Shown here piece by piece: positions 52,896-64,000 of a stretch of 64,000 bases of DNA. A model generated the notes under the pieces. It was given only the letters and a program-made list of their open reading frames with translations. It was not told the DNA's origin and did not search any database. Each line of letters starts with the position of its first letter. Position 1 is the stretch's first letter. A program made the position numbers and the translations under genes. Origin of the DNA: Macrostomum lignano (taxonomy: Eukaryota); the NCBI GenBank assembly GCA_002269645.1, contig NIVC01000037.1:1359365-1423364 (forward strand), in the 5' to 3' direction.

Positions 52896-55800
52896 GGCAG
52901 TAGGAATAGTTTTACAGCGAGAGATTGAATTACATCGACCCTCATAAATTGAAGCATAAAACTTAATTTCTCGTGTCCTAGTGTTTGGCCATAGTAGTAA
53001 ATCCTGCAATAGGCATAGTCAAAGGCTAAACTATTTATAATATGATTTTAGAATATTATTAATATGGCTTATGGCAAATTACTATGGCAAAATATGTATG
53101 TACAGCATTGCAGTTACTTTAAATATGCCTACAAAAACAACAACTATGCCTATGGTATTGCCAAATTACATTTATGTATCTTTAAATAACAAAGAAATTA
53201 AACAAAACTATTATAAATACTAATAAGCTTAAAATTAATATAGATTAAAAAACAAATCTAAAGTTGAAAAATCAATCAAGTAGCCAAATTTTTAACAAAA
53301 TGTTGATTAACAATGATTTTACTAAAGTGACATTTGCCAAAATGTCTTGTTACTAAAAAATTGAAACTTAAAAAATGTTAATCTAACTCTTAAGGCCTTT
53401 AAATAAATTAAAATTTTATACATTTACTATAAAACCATTTTAAATATATAATTAGATTGTTAAAGACTTAATTTAAAAAATCCTTAAGAATATATAAGTA
53501 TAAGAATTAAATTCTAAGCTTATTATAATAACACTTACAGGTAATTAGCATAAGCAATGATCTTTTACTTTTACACATTTAATTATTTTCCTAGAAATTT
53601 ATTTCTATTCAGTTAAATGATGAATACTTATTACTATAACAGATTCAATGGAAAGATTGATGGATTTTAATAGATAAATTGTTAATTGTCAATTAGTAAA
53701 ATTTGTAAATATATATTCTTATAGATAAGCAAAGCAAAAACAGTTCTCCTTTTAAATGTAGATAGGAGGCAAGCAGAATTTCCACTAAGCCTAAAAATTT
53801 ATTTATGCAAAAAGAAAATTTCTGCATACCCATTTTTTTATAATCCTATACTCCAAAAAAGGTCCCAGAAAGGCATTAAAATTAACTCAAGGTAAGGCTA
53901 AAAAACTTATTAAGTAAATTACATTTTCAAATATTCTCCAGTATTTTTTGAAAATATTAAAAGTTAAACTATTAAGTACCAAACAAAAGATATCAAATTT
54001 AGTATAAAATTAAAAACTTTACTTGGCCTCTTTATACAGCTATGTACAAATTCATTTTAATGGCTTCTAGTCAATCTGGCAACAAGACAATCTAGCAATA
54101 AATGCTAGAGGCCATATTAGTGATAGATCCAAATATTTAGATTTAGAATCTGAATCCAAAAAAGTCTCACTTTTTTAGAAATCTGACTGTTTTGGAAATT
54201 TTATTTCCCAAATTTCCAAATATGTTTCTGAATATGAAAAAAAATAAAATACAAACAAAAGTATGCAAGTGTAAAAGAAGTACAACTTTTGAAAAAAGGA
54301 AGTAAATTAAAAAAATTGTCTGTTTTTGCAATAACATAAAAATTCATATATAGCACTAATACAATCACTAATTAGATGATGAGGCATTTTTGTCATTGAA
54401 AGGTGTCATAGTTATTCTTGCCATTTACCTTTTACTTTTTGTCTAGGCCTAAATATTTAAAACATACTCGGATACTCATATTCAAATTTGGAATTTTTTG
54501 TACATTTGGATTTGGTTTCAGAACTTTGCAAAAATCTACATTTGGTCCATCACTAGGCTAGATAATTAAGTTCCAAGACTGAAAGTATCCAAGTTCCAAG
54601 ATTGAAAATGTCAAATATAGGCCTATAAAGTACTTAAGTTTTATAGGCAAAAGTTTAGGTATAGGCCTACACGACAGTATGCCAAAAATTTCTAACTCTT
54701 GATTATTAAGTTACACTGATAAGCCAATAAAAATTTATGCTTAGGTTAGGTGGAACCTAAGGATTCACCTAGACATTTTTATTGGCATTACACATGTAAG
54801 TTGTTATTGGACAAAATAATAGTCATTGTCATATGTTTACTCTTAGCCAATAGGCCTAGCAACTTAATGTTTATTTTGCCAATAGAAATGGCCAGGTGAT
54901 TCCTTACCTAAGGTTGCACATGTATAAAAAATTAATAATATAAAAAAATGTTTAAGAGTAATCATTGTCATTGATCAAACAAAACTTAGAATATAACTTA
55001 ACAATAACCCAAACCTTGAAGTTGAGGCACTTTCAAAAATACAAGACAATAAAAAATTTACAAACATAAGAAATATAAAAAATACTAATGGACATACAAT
55101 AGGCTATATCATTTTATATTGATATTGATTAATAAATTGTCTTCAAATTAACTATTCATATGGACTGGTAGGCCTAGTCTAGTACAAATACAAATGAGTA
55201 TTTATTTCTATATTTAGATTAGGTTAATTAGGCACAGGTTCAATAAGATAGATTGACTAATTTGATTATATACATAAAATTAACTTAAATATTATTAGAG
55301 CAATTCATTCTTAAACAAGAGCAATAATTAGTGCCCGAAATCGAAATTATTTTTAGAGAGAGACAAGGGCTGTGTTTGCACCCTATTATTGCCACACAAC
55401 CAACATTAACAACTTTCCACCAATACACCTAAGCAGGTACACAAGTGCCCAGATACATGCAGCCATATTCAAAGGCATATACTCGAACACAGGGAGGTTC
55501 GGGCCGGGATCGTCATATGTAATGCTTAACGGCCCTAAATTTCGGTGCTTTAAAATATCAAGTTGTCCGTGAATACTCTACTTTTATAGCTATTCTTTAT
55601 TCTAAAAATATTTTAATTTATTACAAAGAGCTCTCTTTTTTCTCTTGCAAATTATATGACGTTTCTGTATAATTTGAGCATATTGTATTTGTTTTTATCT
55701 TGATATACGGATTTGATACTGCATACGCGAGACACATGTGTTTATAAAAATAAATGGTAAAAATAATTTCACATCTTACAACACATTTAAAATACGGTTA

Positions 55801-56539
55801 GGTCCTATCCATGTAATTTTAATGACTTAGATAGTAGTTGAGGCTGCTCTGCTGTCATTTTCCATCTACCAAGCGGCAAATGCAAGGACCACTGTATATA
55901 CAAATGGGGGACGTCTTTTGGCATATGCATGCAATTCGAACCTGAGGAGATAATAATTAAGACCTTTAAAACCAACTATACATAAACTGTTTGCTTGCTT
56001 GCTTGCAGTGCAATTATCATAATATCCTATTTTTGTTTTTAACACGATCTGGCCGCCGCGTGATCGGAATTGTCTCGTTTCTAGCTATATGGCAAAAAAG
56101 GACCACGATATATGATTAGGACGCATCTTTTTGCAATCTTAAAACCGCACATTTCGCTTCTATGCGCTTTTCCCATACTGTCAGTAGGCTAGCTTAGGAA
56201 TCTCTCTCCATTCTCTCATCCAGGCTAAGTTCTACACTAATTTATGCCATCACTATTAATTATGATAAATACTCAATGTACTTCTCTTAGGATTCTAATT
56301 TTGGATTGTTTACGCATCTTTGAAAGTCAGACTGTCTGACTTGAACCCCATTCTGACCCCCAGATTTGCGGTTTTTTCACTGTTTTCAGTGATTTATAGC
56401 GGTCTAGCTGTCACTTTTGGCTCCAGCCTGTCTGGGTCAAAGAGGTCTTTCCAGCTTTCTCCCCACTAGCTCTGTTACTTTCTCTTTTAATCTTCCCTGG
56501 GGTCTGAAGGCCACCTGGTGGGGTGGGTTTTGGGGTCTT

Positions 56540-56700
56540 GAGCTCAGCCAATCAGAGTCGACCTGACTGCCCCCGGCTCGACCAATCAGAAAATTTGGCG
56601 CCTATTTTAACAAAAGCTCTCAACCAATCAGAAAATTCGGCGCGCGTTATAACAAATCGGCCGCTTGAGAGCTATAAAAGGCGGCAACTCGACCCGCGCT
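56540..56700 (+). promoter_or_regulatory. Triple CCAAT box plus TATA box (promoter or LTR U3-like)
   Basis: CCAATCAGA at 56548, 56582 and 56624; TATAAAAG at 56673; CpG-rich context. Confidence 0.6.
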
Positions 56701-59235
56701 CGAAAAGGCCTGCTTGGACCTCCCTTCTTGCACGGTCCTAACCCCGTCTTAGACGGCCCCTTCGGCATCCTGCTGCGTCTTCGACGTCTGGTCCCCCTTT
56801 CCTCCGGCAGTTCCGGCTTCAGCAGTTAAGTTGCCCCTGAGAAATTAAAACATCATCGATATTTCCCGGCAGTGATCTAAGACCAGCAACGACAACCGGC
56901 AGGTGAAGAGTACCGGCGGCACTCGTCAGTTAAGATCAGCAGCAGCATCCCATCTGAGCGCTGCGGTCTCTGTGGATTCCTTGGCTACCGGCAGATAGGT
57001 CCTCTGATTGGTTTGGTGAGAGGCTTTCTTGACCTGCTTAACTGGGTGCGCCCTTTGTCTGACCCCTTCCTAGGTAGTCTGATAGGATTTGCACTTTTGC
57101 TTGCTTTTGTGTGCCAAACTCGAGGCAGAAGTGTCAGTCAATATTAAAAGTAGCCATTCGCTCTAACTCAATCTAAAGCGTCTAGGATTGCGGATTAAGT
57201 GAGAAAATTAAATCTGGAAGTTAAAGGCCTAATGTTTTCTTTCTTTTTCGCAATGCCAGCTCGGATGAGTGGCTAGATCTAGGGGCAGAGGTCACAGTGG
57301 ACCGGAAGCGGCGCAGTTCCCAGTCAATCAGTCGTTCTCAGAAATCTTGATAAGCATGCGAATTAAGCGCCAGACTGGCGCTTTCGCGCTGTCTCAGGCA
57401 GCTAAGCGGCTAAAACGAGATAAATATTAGTCAGAAGGTCTCCAAAAGTAACAATACATCCACATCATCGCTATCTGTCGACGTGTTAACACATTTAGTG
57501 CCAAAAGCGTGCAGTTGCGTGTACTTATACATGTACTTCTGGGAATTTGGTAAAGAAATAGTACATTTAGTAGTGTATAGAGGCTCGCCAGCGCAAGAAC
57601 CCCCTGCAGAAGTCCTCTCTGTCCCTGCATGGCCAATGCGATCTTAGTCCCAGCAGCGTCCCTTCTATTCGGCTATGACTTCGAGATTTAGACAGCTAAA
57701 AGACACAATAGATGGCAGGTAAGTGCAGTGCCCCTCTAGTCGGAAGTCCGATTTCGATAGCTCCGGTATGGTGAGCGGGGCGCACGGACTGGTGGCAGCG
57801 GGTTAGTTAATCTGCGGATTAGCTAATCTCTACCTTTCAAACTCTCCCTGCTTGTCTCGCTGTCTTCTCTTAGCGAAGCATTGGACCTTGCTGCTCGCCC
57901 ACAATCTAGCTACCATGGGGCTGACCATCTGAAAGGAGTGAGATGCCAGAGTTCTAAGTGATTCATTTCTGAATTCTGAGGCCCGAAGCTATAGGCTTAA
58001 AAAGGCCGAACCCATCATATACAAGATATCAGCTCGTAGACGCTATATATACAGACTTAGAGATCGTGAATTTTTTGGAGGCCAATTTCCGTCAAGAAAT
58101 AGACTGCGGAGTTCGGAAACATCATTTTAGCTCGTATACCGGGGGTACTGCTGCTAGTGGTCCTTTTAGTGCCTGTCCGTCAGCGCCTCCTGCTCGAAAC
58201 GGAATGATAAACATTAGCGTTAAAGAATAAGAATGCAAATATAATGTGTATTAGATAAAAAGTGGATGTGAGAAAATACATAGGGTCATAGCACAAGGAG
58301 TTCAACTTAGTGATAGAATGTAAACTAAAGCATGAAGCTTGTGGCACCGCCCTGAAGCTATTTACGTTTAGTCGAAAATGAAGCATATGGCCCTGGAAGA
58401 ATTAACCGACTGAATTTAAAAACTTATCAGTAGTCTATTGCCGAGAAACCATACTTCCGGCCCCGTATGTGTCAGCTGGTATAGTTCGTCTATATACATC
58501 GGCTTTCTGGTTCTGGATCCGCAGTCTGGATCTGCGGCGTCACCACACGAGCCTTCCAATCTGTGAGAGCTGTGTCCTGCAGTTTCATGCTCTCCAGATT
58601 AAGGCAGCTATTAGCTTTATTTCAGAGCGTCTTGATTTTAAAAACTCCCGAGAGCTGAACGCTGAATGTACTCACTCGAGCAGCAAGTTAACCTGGCGAA
58701 AGCTACAGCAGCCTGCTGCAAGTTGTCTTCAAGATCGGCGATAAGTAATTATAGCACACTATTTGCCACGCCAGCTGGTCCAAGCGACCTACATGTATAC
58801 TAGCTGTTGCACCGTCGGCGACTCCAGCTGGCAGGCCACATCACTATCTGTGCCGAGTCGTACTGCTGACGCTCGGCGTAGTATCGTCTACTGCCTGTTG
58901 GCTGACCCTGGCGCCCCAAACTATTGTAGGTCGACGGCGGTGTTACTGTACGTTCGTCCTGAATCGCGCCTCGAGACGACGTTGCCTTCATTTTAGTAAG
59001 GCCTACTGACAAAGTTATATTTTGATGCTGTGACTGGATGTGTATAGTGGAGCCTAAGCAATTAAGGAACCTTGTCTCTCTATACATGTACATTAAAAAT
59101 TTCAAGCTATGTTCGTACACACAGTGGGACGTGTGGGGAAGAAAAAGAGAGCACGGACCACGCTAGAAGATACCGTCTGATCGTCTGTAGGTCAGCAATT
59201 CATATGTTGGTGCAAGAGGCCTGCATGTGTACATA

Positions 59236-59720
59236 TAGCTCGCATTGGTAGACGCCGTTGACTTTCACGTCACGACCCCTGCTGGTTCGATTCCGTGCGC
59301 GGTCGCATTCATTTGGGGCTTGAGCACGAAAATTTGACCTGGGGGTTCACAGCCATGAGAGCCACTCCCCAATGCACAGAGAGTGTACATGCCTGACGAT
59401 TAGAAAGTCAGGGCCGCTGTACACCTGTGAGCGTACATGTATGAGTGCGTGTCCTGTGTACAGCATTGGCATAGCGTGCTTATACAGGTGTTTGTGCTCA
59501 AGAGACAGCGAAATGGGTAGAATTGCCGGTGGGACGTACGATGTTGCCAAAGGCGATGAGAGCCAGTGTGCTCTCACAGCCCTCCTGCAAATATAATTTT
59601 TCGCATGGTTACGCAAACCCCGTGTGTATGATCACGAGCCAATCATTCAGTACACGTACATGTACGAGTACAGTACGCTATGCATGTACACAATAGAATG
59701 TGCCTGTAGGTGCAGTGCAG
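59236..59720 (+). mobile_element. Putative tRNA-derived SINE (second family)
   Basis: A-box-like TAGCTCGCATTGG (59236) and B box GGTTCGATTCC (59284), followed by a non-tRNA body and a gtac-rich simple tail. 3' boundary uncertain. Confidence 0.5.
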
Positions 59721-60469
59721 TAGCTGTTCTCAATCTGTTAAAAGTGAGAAAGACTCAATTTCAAAAAACTGCTTTCAGAAGAATTTTTACGTGTATACAA
59801 ATTAAAACTACACTGTAATAATCATTAATATATTTCGTGTGCTAAGTGCAATAAAGGCAAAAAGAAAAACACAGGAAATGTTCTAAACTGTTTTAACTGG
59901 ACGATAAACGAAACAGTTAAAACAAAATACCGACTGCAGCAGAGGTAAAAATGGCTGGACTAGGGACTATAGAATCATATATCGCTGTGTTAAAGATAAA
60001 TTTAGTCGAATGTTAAAATAAAGGATTTAAACAGTTATAATTAACATAGGAATTAAAAGCAAATTAAAACAAAAACACACGAATGAGTTAAAATAACGAA
60101 GAAAAAGAATTCTTAAGCATCGCCGTTTGTGTATGATAAAAAGAGAATCACAAGGAGCAATTGTTGTCAACCTTACAAAAAGGAATATATTATATTCGCA
60201 CGAGCCTACTAGCTGAGAATTATAACTGAGTAGCATATTGTGGATTGCAAATACACAGTAAAATTGAAAGGGGTTTTTCTTCGTTGCAGCTTTTCTTATA
60301 TAGCTTTATGCAGCAGAAAGTGCAGCCGCTGACCAGCTTTTATTCGGCTGAGTGGATTACGCGGGTAAGCGATTAATTATTTATTGCCCCCACTTGCCTA
60401 CTCCCCGTTTCCTTTTTGGGAATTGGGAGAAAACTATTGGATACAAGGGAGTCTTGCCTTGCCAGGGCA

Positions 60470-60608
60470 CTGCTCATATAGCCAGGGCACTGCTCATATA
60501 GCCAGGGCACTGCTCATATAGCCAGGGCACTGCTCATATAGCCAGGGCACTGCTCATATAGCCAGGGCACTGCTCATATAGCCAGGGCACTGCTCATATA
60601 GCCAGGGC
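60470..60608. repeat. 20-bp repeat (gccagggcactgctcatata) x7
   Basis: Direct inspection. Confidence 0.95.
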
Positions 60609-61536
60609 AGGCTGTTAGAATTGGAAGTGAAAGCCGAAACACTATTACATTGATTATCGATAATAAAATTATCAAGGACACGATGAAGGGTGTAAAATTG
60701 CAATAATATGATAGCAAATATCAATATCAACTGATTGTAACGGTAATAAATTTCATAAATTCTAATGAATTGGTGACCAATTTTGAACGCGTAGCATAGT
60801 CAATCAGTAAAACAATAAATAAAACAAATAAAAATCCAATACACTCGCTATTAAACCATTAAAACAGTTACAACGCGCATTTAAAGAATCGTAGCTCGTA
60901 AGTACGAGTATCATATAATGAAAAAAAAAAACAATATTTCGCGTACAACAAGGCCAAGACCATCAGAGAAAAGAATTCAACAAAAAACATAAGGAAAACA
61001 ATATGGTAGGTTGTAGAATTAACCAAAAAAAATATATTGTATATAATATTTAAAGAAAACTGTGAGTTATGTACTGAGTTATGGATGCGCAAGTTATGGT
61101 TATGGTATTGCAGCTATATGCCCTACACACAGCGAGCTGGTGATAAAAGATTAAGTAAAATTTGTTCGATTCCGTTCAGCAAGCATTCGATCCTGATTAA
61201 ACAGATGGCAGTCAGGCTTCACTTCAGGACAGCAACTGAAAAACGGCAGGTTTGAGTGCAAGCTGTACTTTTATGTAGTTTTCAAGCCGAATAGCTTCGT
61301 TAATACTGATAATAAAAGCATAAAACTGTGCAAATTAACTAAAACATTTACGATGGTGCTTTGCAGAAAAGTAAATTAGAAAAAAAAGATCTGCCACATT
61401 AAAGTATTATATTACTAAAATAATAAAACCTGGCGCCAGGAAGCACAACTAATATGTAATGCTTCTCTCATGAATTGCTGGTTTTCTAATATCCGTGAGC
61501 AATATTTGCTTTATTTGAATCGATTATTATACTATA

Positions 61537-61820
61537 CGATGGCTTGTGTCATAAGCTCACTGACAAATGACAGGCAGCTTCCCTGCCATTGAAGAGCGTT
61601 CTCTGCATTGTCATCGGGATTTCAAGCCGTGGATAAAAAGGAAACCCTCAGATGTCTTTGCTGACGGGATCAGCAAGCTGCCAGAAAGATGCAGTTCAAG
61701 TGTGTGCTGCTGAAGAGCAACTATGTGTACATGTAGAAGTGTGACTCCTATAGTTTAAGTGACACTGCTTGCTTTAACTGCATTCTATTTTGTGTCCGCG
61801 AACTTATGACACAATCCTCA
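61537..61820 (+). mobile_element. Internally deleted mini-mariner, 284 bp
   Basis: Imperfect TIRs cgatggcttgtgtcataagctc / gaacttatgacacaatcctca, left TA intact. Interior translates to the mariner transposase C-terminus KPSDVFADGISKLPER.. / KCVLLKSNYV. Confidence 0.7.
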
Positions 61821-62079
61821 TTTTAATAAGGAAAAGAGGAAATGGAGAATAGACATAGACTGTTTTGCTGATGAAGAAAATTTAACTAGCATTGCATGCA
61901 ACTAGTTTATTAAATTTCAGGGACTAATAAATACTGCGGTTTCTGATTAAATTTCTATATACCTCCTACAACTATGTATATTACATCTAGTACAACTGTA
62001 TCCCATAGCATAGCGACGCATATTAAGAGAAGAATTACATGGTTATTATGATGTCCTAAATTTTCGTTTAATGATGTCC

Positions 62080-62660
62080 TCAAGGTTCAAGTTATTGTAT
62101 CCTGAAGGTTCAAGTTATGGTGTCCTGAAGGTTCAAGTTATGGTGTCCTGAAGGTTCAAGTTATGGTGTCCTGAAGGTTCAAGTTATGGTGTCCTGAAGG
62201 TTCAAGTTATGGTGTCCTGAAGGTTCAAGTTATGGTGTCCTGAAGGTTCAAGTTATGGTGTCCTGAAGGTTCAAGTTATGGTGTCCTGAAGGTTCAAGTT
62301 AATGGTGTCCTGAAGGTTCAAGTCATGGTGTCCTGAAGGTTCAAGTTATGGTGTCCTGAAGGTTCAAGTTATGGTCTCCTGAATGTTCAAGTTATGGTGT
62401 CCTGAAGGTTCAAGTCATGGTGTCCTGAAGGTTCAAGTTATGGTGTCCTGAAGGTTCAAGTTATGGTCTCCTGAATGTTCAAGTTATGGTGTCCTGAAGG
62501 TTCAAGTTAATGGTGTCCTGAAGGTTCAAGTCATGGTGTCCTGAAGGTTCAAGTTATGGTGTCCTAAAGGTTCAAGTTATGGTCTCCTGAAGGTTCAAGT
62601 TATGGTGTCCTGAAGGTTAAAGTTATGCTGTCCTAAAGGTTCAAGTTATGGTCTCCTGCA
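62080..62660. repeat. 23-bp minisatellite (gtcctgaaggttcaagttatggt)
   Basis: Direct inspection. Confidence 0.95.
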
Positions 62661-63261
62661 TGGATTTTCGCTAGCTAGTGCCCTAAAAGTTTGCTTTATG
62701 ATGCCATAAAGTCCGTTTTAGGGTTCCTAAAGTTTGTTTTAGTTCCATAGTGGTCTACACTGAAGAAAACATAGTACCGGTTACCTAAAAGCCCATGTGG
62801 CCACACAATTGAGACAAAAATCAAGATCGATCAGTATTTATCGTAGTTATTTTTGACTGAATCTGTGAGAAAAAATTCACTTGAGGTACCATGGTAGATT
62901 TAATAGGGAAACGGAATCAACACAAAAATGGGGATTCTACGTGTTAGTGCAAAACTGTGCCCATGACAGAGGAAAGTATAAATTAAATAGGTGAATATTT
63001 TACAAAACAGTACAAAATGAAAAGTGAACGCTAATTTTGTGAACTTCTCTGTGGCGTCCAGCCGCTGCTCTACGCGAACACACTTACATTTTACTGGAAA
63101 TTAAAGCATTGCAACGATTGAACTCGAACCAGTCTAAGCAATAATTTTTGCACATAGCTAATATTCGTGCACTTTTTATCGTTAATGCAACATTTCGAGT
63201 GTTAAAAGCGCGCAGTTTACACCAATTATTATTGCTGGAATGATAATCTAACTACTGATCA

Positions 63262-63694
63262 CAGATACTAAAATAACTAGATGGGCCACTCAGGCACATA
63301 TTACTTAGTAAAACAGCTTTCTACTTTCAGTTCAGTAGCAAAGAAGAATACATAAGCTATTTTATAAAAATAAAGGCAGCTGAAATGACTTTGATAAGTT
63401 TAGAAGCTCAAGCTTGCAGGCGTAAACAACTTGCTAATTGGTTCAGCAATAATGTACATTAGCCAGTCCACTAAAATGTACATGGCAGCTTTAGTCTGGA
63501 ATTCCGAGAAAGGCAATAAAAATTGGGCGGGGCGGGGGTAGTGTGGAAAGGCGCTGCTGGAGGGTTTAAGCTGGAGCCAATAAGAGCCAATAACTTTAAA
63601 ATACATTAAAATGCTTCTGTCTAACTTACTACTGAACTGAAAGTAGATAACACGCAAATGTGCTGAATGGCCCATCTAGTTATTCTAGTACCTG
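63262..63694. mobile_element. Fold-back/MITE-like element with ~70-80-bp imperfect inverted arms
   Basis: Left cagatactaaaataactagatgggccactcaggcacat...tctactttcagttcagtag versus reverse complement of right caggtactagaataactagatgggccattcagcacat...tctactttcagttcagtag. No clear TSD. Confidence 0.6.
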
Positions 63695-64000
63695 GTACCT
63701 GTGCTACTGACAGACTGCAGCTCATTTATTGGCGGTTGAAAAAGCTTGGTGAGGGGTTCGTCGGCACACAGGCGCTGCTTATACATGTAAATCAATAGCA
63801 TTTTGGTGGCTACTGGCACACACAGTTCACACACAGGAAAGCGGCTTTGTTCAAAGTATTAGTACAAACTGCATAACATTTATAGGCGGCACCTTGACTG
63901 GTTCGGCTAGAATTATATTAATCCCTGGGAGAAATTTCACGTAGAAACTGAGACTGAAAGTAAGGAAGGAACGAGATTATATGGTTCGAAGTGATCAGTT

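Noticed and set aside
55372-55572. 66-aa ORF in a slightly GC-richer patch
   Set aside because: Non-ATG start, no homology and no clear splice partners.

Overview
Repeat-rich animal genomic DNA with GC-rich exons and AT-rich or minisatellite-filled GT-AG introns. The architecture resembles a flatworm such as Macrostomum, but that is inference only. Genes, left to right: the terminal exon of a glypican with an unusually long proline-rich stalk (+); two tandem multi-exon SLC6 Na+/neurotransmitter-symporter-family genes (+; 11026-23062 and ~23423-40611); a MARCH2/3-like RING-CH E3 ligase (-); two near-identical intronless ATP synthase subunit c genes (-); and an orphan coiled-coil ORF (-). Mobile DNA: a decayed mariner, a mini-mariner, a hAT-type MITE with an 8-bp TSD, an internally deleted Ty3/Gypsy LTR element, two tRNA-derived SINE-like elements and a fold-back element. 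About 35 distinct tandem-repeat arrays account for most long ORFs in the supplied track, which are artefacts. Top findings: (1) a pair of paralogous, probably mutually exclusive exons encoding EL4-TM8-TM9 of the second SLC6 transporter; (2) a minimal type-I hammerhead ribozyme on the minus strand of one of its introns; (3) intron-specific minisatellites that amplify decoy splice sites at exon junctions. All exon models were deduced by eye from GT/AG sites, reading phase and protein homology.
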